Shown one piece after another: positions 58,379 to 64,000 of a DNA stretch of 64,000 nucleotides (positions are counted from its first letter, which is position 1; every line of letters begins with the position of its first letter). The position numbers were made by a program, and so were the translations under genes. Source of the stretch: Chloroflexota bacterium (GTDB lineage: Bacteria; Chloroflexota; UBA11872; VXNJ01). Below the pieces are notes generated by a model. It saw nothing but the letters and a program-made list of their open reading frames with translations. It was not told the DNA's origin and ran no database searches. The DNA lies in the NCBI GenBank assembly GCA_965217845.1, contig OZ244573.1, forward strand, positions 2,275,663-2,339,662, written 5' to 3'.

Positions 58379-58926
58379 CCCGGATATTTCACCAGGCCGA
58401 TTGATCGGGTCCAAATCGCGCTGACTGGCCGCTGCCGCCGGCAAACGGGAACCATGGGACCGCGAATCCGCCTTTGCCGAAACCGGCCGAACGCCAAGTC
58501 TCGGGAACCGGCCCCTGCGGGTCGGCCCCGGGGCTCGGCTTCGCCACTGACCCTGACCGGCGGCCGATCGGGAACGCGTTCTGCTACCCCGGCCGCATCT
58601 GGTATGCGGGTATCCCGGCCAGCCTGGCCAACACCCCGGCAAAGACCGCCTTGAAGGGATAGGCGCTCGGCAGCGACAACCATATGCGGCGATGGGTGAT
58701 CCGGATGCGGCCGGCGACCTTGAGCAGCTTCAGGCGCACCGTGTCGCAGCGCCAGCGCCGGCTCTCGGAACCGCTTAGCCCCATCCGCCGCAGCACCTCC
58801 AGCAGCACGTAAGCAAAACCCGAGAAGTAGAGCCGCAGCTGGTTGCCGAACAGTGTCGCGGTGCTGGTGCGGTTGGAGAACAGCGCCAGCTGCAGCTCCT
58901 TGATCCGGTTCTCGGCCTCGCCGCGG
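58379..58926 (-). mobile_element. IS1380-family element, 3' fragment
   Basis: RGEAENRIKE..LFSNRTS...NQLRLYFS..AYVL...TVRLKLLKVA; terminal GTGAAATATCCGGG. Confidence 0.85.
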
Positions 58927-59236
58927 GTCTACTCCGCCAACTGCGGGTGATAAACGTCCCGCCACCGTCAGCATCAGCGTAATCCACCCCTACCACCCCT
59001 TGTACGGCAGGCGCTACCAGGTCATTAACGTCGCCGCCGGCTGGAGTCGGGAGAGGATCTTCTGCCACGACGGGGGCCGCCGCGTCGTCACCTTCCCGGT
59101 CGGATTTACCGACTACCTGCCCCAGGACCCGTTCGTTGTCGCCGCCGGGGGTCGATCTCCGTTCAGGGCTCACGACCTGCTGGAGCTAGCCGAGTTTGTC
59201 GAGAGCCTTGCCAAAGATGCCGGAGACGTAAAGTGA
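58927..59236 (+). CDS. DUF5372 (Y4bD/Y4pK)-like protein, no start codon before conserved region
   Basis: VIHPYHPLYG...FTDYLPQDPFVVAAGGRSPFRAHDLLELA. Confidence 0.7.
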
Positions 59237-59426
59237 TTGGAGCCGCCAGAGTAAATACGATAACGCCCATCAGCGCATTGCAGATGACGCTTGCAGAGGC
59301 GATGCTACAGATGGTAGTGCACATTACAAAGGCCATACGGCGCGGACTGAAGCGCCGTCGGGGCGTTTACAGATCCCATGGATGGGGCAACAGTGGATTT
59401 GCATATTGCCCGCATGGAGGACTGCG

Positions 59427-59678
59427 ATGGCGACCGATGGCGAGAGCAAGCGCGAAGTCCTGCGGCGCAGCGGGGCGCTCAACCCCCACCCGGAACGGGT
59501 GCGCGACGATCTCTTTCGCGAGCATCCCTTCTTCGACCCCTGCGACCTGGTGCAGGTGCGCTACGAGATGCTGCGCCGGGTCTGCCGCGACGGGATGTCG
59601 ATCGCCCAGAGCGCGGGGACCTTCGGGTTCACCCGCCCCACCTGGTACAAGGCCAGGCGGGCGTTCGCCGAGCGCTGA
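59427..59678 (+). pseudogene. Truncated HTH protein of a serine-recombinase-type mobile element
   Basis: GALNPHPERVRDDLF..FFDPCDLVQVRYEMLR..FGFTRPTWY; GGAGG RBS; cut at ISNCY copy 2. Confidence 0.72.
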
Positions 59679-59682
59679 TCAA

Positions 59683-61240
59683 CGACTTATAGATTTGCCG
59701 GCGCATTGACTCACTGTTTTTGTAATCGAAACCGGGTCGTTGCCTCACTGGATTTGTAATCCAAATCCGTAGGGAGGCAACCGATGCGAAAGAAGAAACT
59801 CAGCCGGACTGCAAGGCGGGAATTGCTTGCCGCGCTCAGGAGCCGCTATCGCCGTGCAGCCAAGCTCGACAAAGGCAAGATCCTTGACGAATTCGTCTCC
59901 CTGACCGGCTACAACCGCAGCTATGCGACCCGCTTGCTGGGGGAGAGTGCGGACGCAGCGACAAGCCGCAAAGTTCGGTCCGCAAACCGCATCTACGGTG
60001 AGGCCGTCAAAGAATCACTGATCGTTCTGTGGGAGGCATCCGACCGCATCTGCTCAAAGCGCCTACAAGCGATATTGCCGGACCTGATCGAATCGCTGCA
60101 AGGGCATGGCCACCTGCAGCTCGATCCGGACCTTAAAAGCAAGCTCTTAGCAATCAGCCCCGCGTCGATCGATCGGACGCTCAAACCAGTCCGCAAGACC
60201 GCCGGCAGCCGCAGGCGAAATCCCCGCCGCCGCAATCGCCACCACAAGATGGTCCCGATCCGAACCTTCGCCGATTGGCATGGCCCCAAGCCCAGCTACC
60301 TGGAGATCGACCTGGTGGCCCACTGCGGCGGCAACATGGCCGGGACGTTTATCCAGACTCTGGCGGTGACCGATGTCGCCTCGGGCTGGGTGGAAGCAAT
60401 ACCGCTGCTGGCCCGCGAGCAGACGCTTGTGACCGAGGCGCTTGCGGTGATAGCCGGGCGGCTACCGTTTCCAATACTTGGAATCGATACTGACAACGAC
60501 AGCGCGTTCATCTGCCAGACCCTTATCGATTACTGCCAAGAGCGTGAGATCGAGTTCACCCGCGCCCGCGCCTACCGCTCCAATGACCAGGCCTTCATCG
60601 AGCAGAAGAACGGCGCCGTCGTACGCCGCTTCGCCGGCTACGAGCGCTTTGCCGGCCTCATCGCCGGACAGACCCTGGCCAGGTTGTTTGCCTTAGTCGG
60701 TCTCTACACTAATTTCTTCCAACCCTCCTTCAAACTGATCTCCAAGCAGCGCTATGGGGCCAGGACCCACAAGCGCTACGACCGTCCCCAAACGCCCTGC
60801 CAGCGCCTGATCGATCACCCTGCTGTTGCCGAAAAGGTCAAGGAGAGGCTGCGCGCGTCCCGCTCCAAACTGGACCCGCTCTTCCTCCTGCGCGAGATCA
60901 GAGCGGCCCAGTCGGCCCTGGCCACATTGGCATCGCCCGCGGAAAGAAGCAAGGTGCAAAGGGAAGACTTGTCGCAATTCCTGGCCAAGCTCTCTCATCT
61001 CCGGCGCGGGGGTGATGCAAATCCGACGCGCCGTCCCAAACGAAAGCGCCGCAGGTGGTGGCGGACTCGGACTGATCCCTTCGAGCACGTCTGGCCCCAA
61101 GTCCTCACCTATCTACAGGATCATCCCGACGCCAGCGGAACGGGGATCCTGAAAGTGCTAATGCGCGATCATCCCGACAGCGTCGGTTCAAAGCAGCTGC
61201 GGACGTTGCAACGACGGCTCAAGCAATGGCGCTCGGTTAT
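59683..61240 (+). mobile_element. ISNCY-like element copy 2; transposase ORF 59784-61265, right end missing
   Basis: Uninterrupted 493-aa ORF: EIDLVAH, GIDTDNDS, NDQAFIEQKNG; left end CGAC..TTTGCC..TTGACTCA..TTGCCTCA. Confidence 0.88.
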
Positions 61241-62948
61241 GCGCATTGACTCACTGTTTTTGTAACCCAAAGAGGGCCGTTGCCTCACTAGATTTGTAAC
61301 CCAAATCCGGATGGGGGCAGCCGATGGCAGGCAAGAAGTTGAGCCGCTCGGCGCGGCAGGAAATGCTGACCGCTTTGCGTGACCGCTATGGGCGGGCGAG
61401 CAAGATCGAGAAGGGCGCGATTCTAAACGAATTTGTAGCTCTATCGGGCTACAACCGCAAATACGCAACTCGAATACTAGGCAATGCCGCAAGCCCTGAT
61501 CCGGCACCACCCGCCAAGTCCACGTACCGCATCTACGACGAGGCCGTCGCTGAAGGAACCTTTGATCATCCTCTGGGAAGCGGTCGGTCGGATCTGGGGC
61601 AAACGATTGCAAGCGATATTGCCGAGCCTGATCGAGTTGCTGGAAAGGCATGGCCACCTACAGCTCAATCCAGATGTACGCAACAAGCTGCTAACAATCA
61701 GCCCGGCGTCGATCGATCGGATGCTCAAACCAGTCCGCAAGACCGCCGGCAGCCGCAGGCGAAATCCCCGCCGCCGCAATCGCCACCACAAGATGGTCCC
61801 GATCCGAACCTTCGCCGATTGGCATGGCCCCAAGCCCGGCTACCTGGAGATCGACCTGGTGGCCCACTGCGGCGGCAACTTGGCCGGATCCTTCATCCAG
61901 ACCCTGCCAGTTACCGATGTTGCCTCGGGCTGGGTGGAAGCAATACCGCTTCTTGCCCGGGAGCAGATGCTTGTGACCGAGGCGCTTGAGGTGATAGCCG
62001 GGCGGGTACCGGTGACCAATTCTTGGCGTCGATTCTGACAACGACAGCACTTTTATCTCCCAGACCCTTATCCATCAATGCCAAGAGCGTGAGATCGAGA
62101 TCACCCCCGCCCGCGCCTACCGCTTCGGGCGACCAAGCCTACATCGAGCAGAAGAACGGCGCCGTGGTGCGGCATTTCGCCGGCTACGAGCGCTTCGCCG
62201 GCGTCATCGCCGAGCAGACCCTGGCCAGTTTAGGTTGTTTGCCTTAGTCGGTCTCTACACCAACTTCTTCCAACCCTCCTTCAAACTGATCTCCAAGGAG
62301 CGCAATGGGGCCAGGATCCAAGAGCGCTACGACCACCCCCAAACCCCCTGCCAGCGCTTGATCGATCATCCCGCCGTTGCCATCAAGGTCAAGGAGGGGT
62401 TGCGCGACAAGCGCTCCAAACTGGATCCGCTCTTCCTGCTCAGCGAGATCCGGGCGGCCCAATCGGCCCTGGTAACGCTGGCTGCTCACGAGGAACGCCG
62501 GCAGGGTGCAAAGGGAAGACTTGTCGCAATTCCTGGCCAAGCTCTCTCATCTCTGGCGCGAGGAAGAGGCCAATCCGACGCGCCGGCGAAAACGCAAACC
62601 CCACTGGTGGCGCACTCGCAAAGATCCCCTGGAGCACGTCTGGCCCCAAGTCCTCACCTATCTACAGGATCATCCCGACGCCAGCGGAACACAGATCCTG
62701 AAAGTGCTAATGCGCGATCATCGCGACAGCGTCGGCTCCAAGCAGCTCCGCACCTTGCAACGACGGCTCAAGCAATGGCGATCGGTAATGGCCCGCGAAC
62801 ACGTCTACGGAGTCGTCAGCGGATCCGACGATGACGAATTGGGTGCCGAAATCGTGCGCGAGATCGCTCCAATCGGGGCCGAATAAATGCGCAGAAACTT
62901 CGGTTACGTTGTTTCGTGAGGCAACGGGATCGGCAAAAATGGGCGTCG
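61241..62948 (+). mobile_element. ISNCY-like element copy 3; multiply frameshifted transposase 61324-62886
   Basis: Long near-identity to copy 2; starts GCGCATTGACTCACTGTTTTTGTAA as at 59701; right end TGAGGCAACGGG..GCAAAA..GTCG. Confidence 0.87.
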
Positions 62949-63659
62949 CTGTTCAAGCCACCTGATGCTGAGCCCGATCTCTTTCCTCACCCTGGCGTCG
63001 ACCGCCCGGTACAGACGGTTTTTCTCCCGCCCCCGCTGGCCCATCAGCTGGTCCCGACGGGTGGCCAGTTCCCGGATCTCGGACAGGGTGGGATCGGGCC
63101 TTTGCCAGCGCGGCGGATTCATGACCTCGGCGTAGTGGGCGATGACCCGGGCGCCCAGGGCGTCGGTCTTGGCAAGATTGTCGGCGGCGTCGGCGAAGCG
63201 GCGCATGCACCTGGGATTTACCACCGCCACCGCAAAGCCGGCGTCATGCAGGACCGTGGCCAGTTTCTGCTCGTAGCCGCCGGTGGACTCCATGCAGACA
63301 AGGGACACCGTCAGGGCGGACAGCTGCCTGAGGAGCTTCCCGATCCCGGCCGCGGTGAAGGTGAACCGCCAGCTTTCTCCTGAGGGAAGCACGGCGACAT
63401 CGAAGCCGTCCGTGCTTACGTCGACGCCGTTGAATGAGGGGCCGTCCATGCTAGAACTCCCATAGTTACCCGCAGCCGACACCCTTTCTCGCGGATTCGG
63501 GCTCGACGGCATGCAAGCGGTCGGCCCAGGTCAATCGTTCGGGTTAAAGGGCTGCGGTGCTGGGGGTGTGGCGACCCTTGCTTACGAACAGCCTCGCGAA
63601 CGCGGGCCTAGATACAACCGGTCTGCTTCACCCCCTACTTCCCGCTATCAACATACGAG
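62949..63659 (-). mobile_element. IS110-family element A: left non-coding end plus 3'-truncated recombinase (ATG 63449)
   Basis: GVDVS, CMESTGGYE, VVNP, AKTDALG (DEDD, fourth D to G), RRDQL..EKNRL. Confidence 0.87.
63455..63650 (-). ncRNA. Putative bridge RNA region of IS110 element A
   Basis: About 200-nt non-coding left end upstream of the recombinase; position-based inference only. Confidence 0.5.
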
Positions 63660-64000
63660 GATCCAATCAGCCAGCGCCGCCAGGCCGTCGCCGCCGTGCG
63701 GGAAGCTGCGCTCGGCGGTTTGTTTGCCGTCAGAATCGAGGATGCAGACTTGGTGCTCCCGGGCAGCCCAGTCGAAGCCGACGGTCCATTGGGGTCCTCT
63801 GTCCACGGAACCTCCCCTCCAGCGGATCGATGTGAAGAGTGAGTTCGTTCAAGGCCCGCCGCGATGCCGACCGATCCCTGTACCGGCGCTCAAGTACGGC
63901 GCAAACTCTCCACCGGGCATCCATCGCGGCCAGCTCTGGCCGAGGTACTGGTCCCCCCAAGGTGTTCAGTAAGACACGAGGGGCGATTGGTTACTCCCGG
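63657..64000 (-). mobile_element. IS110-family element B: upstream non-coding region plus first 50 codons (GTG 63806), interrupted by element A
   Basis: GGAGG RBS; MDRGPQWTVGFDWAAREHQVCILDSDGKQTAERSFPHGGDGLAALADWIL. Confidence 0.78.

Noticed and set aside
1-64000. CRISPR array or rRNA
   Set aside because: No regularly spaced repeat-spacer array, cas gene or rRNA-like sequence seen.

Overview
High-GC bacterial chromosome segment, probably Chloroflexota (inferred from the M23 peptidase N-terminal repeat domain and gene content). Bases 1-46.9 kb are core and metabolic genes: secA (partial), dnaB, rplI, rho, nadD, rsfS, mutS2, an M23 peptidase, a PASTA protein, rnc, ilvE, tatB, a split nitrilase+nadE NAD synthetase, rsmI, an orphan nuoB, the leuA-leuC-leuD-leuB-cimA operon, four tRNAs and many catabolic enzymes. 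From about 47 kb to the end is an accessory region of nested, mostly broken IS elements (three ISNCY-like copies, IS481, IS1595, IS1380, two IS110, a DUF5372/HTH element) with small membrane proteins, MarR, a K+ channel and a hybrid histidine kinase. Most notable: (1) an intact Lon paralogue that has lost its cis ATPase motifs and protease dyad but kept the trans arginine finger, directly upstream of a TatB fused to an extra domain; (2) an NCS2 permease fused to a degenerate anti-sigma/GHKL domain; (3) two amidohydrolase+Rieske pairs resembling dinuclear oxygenases; (4) an unannotated leaderless Leu-rich leader peptide before leuA; (5) RNase III apparently needing a non-canonical start; (6) an IS110 nested in another IS110 with putative bridge-RNA regions. 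Family assignments come from motif recognition by eye, not database searches.
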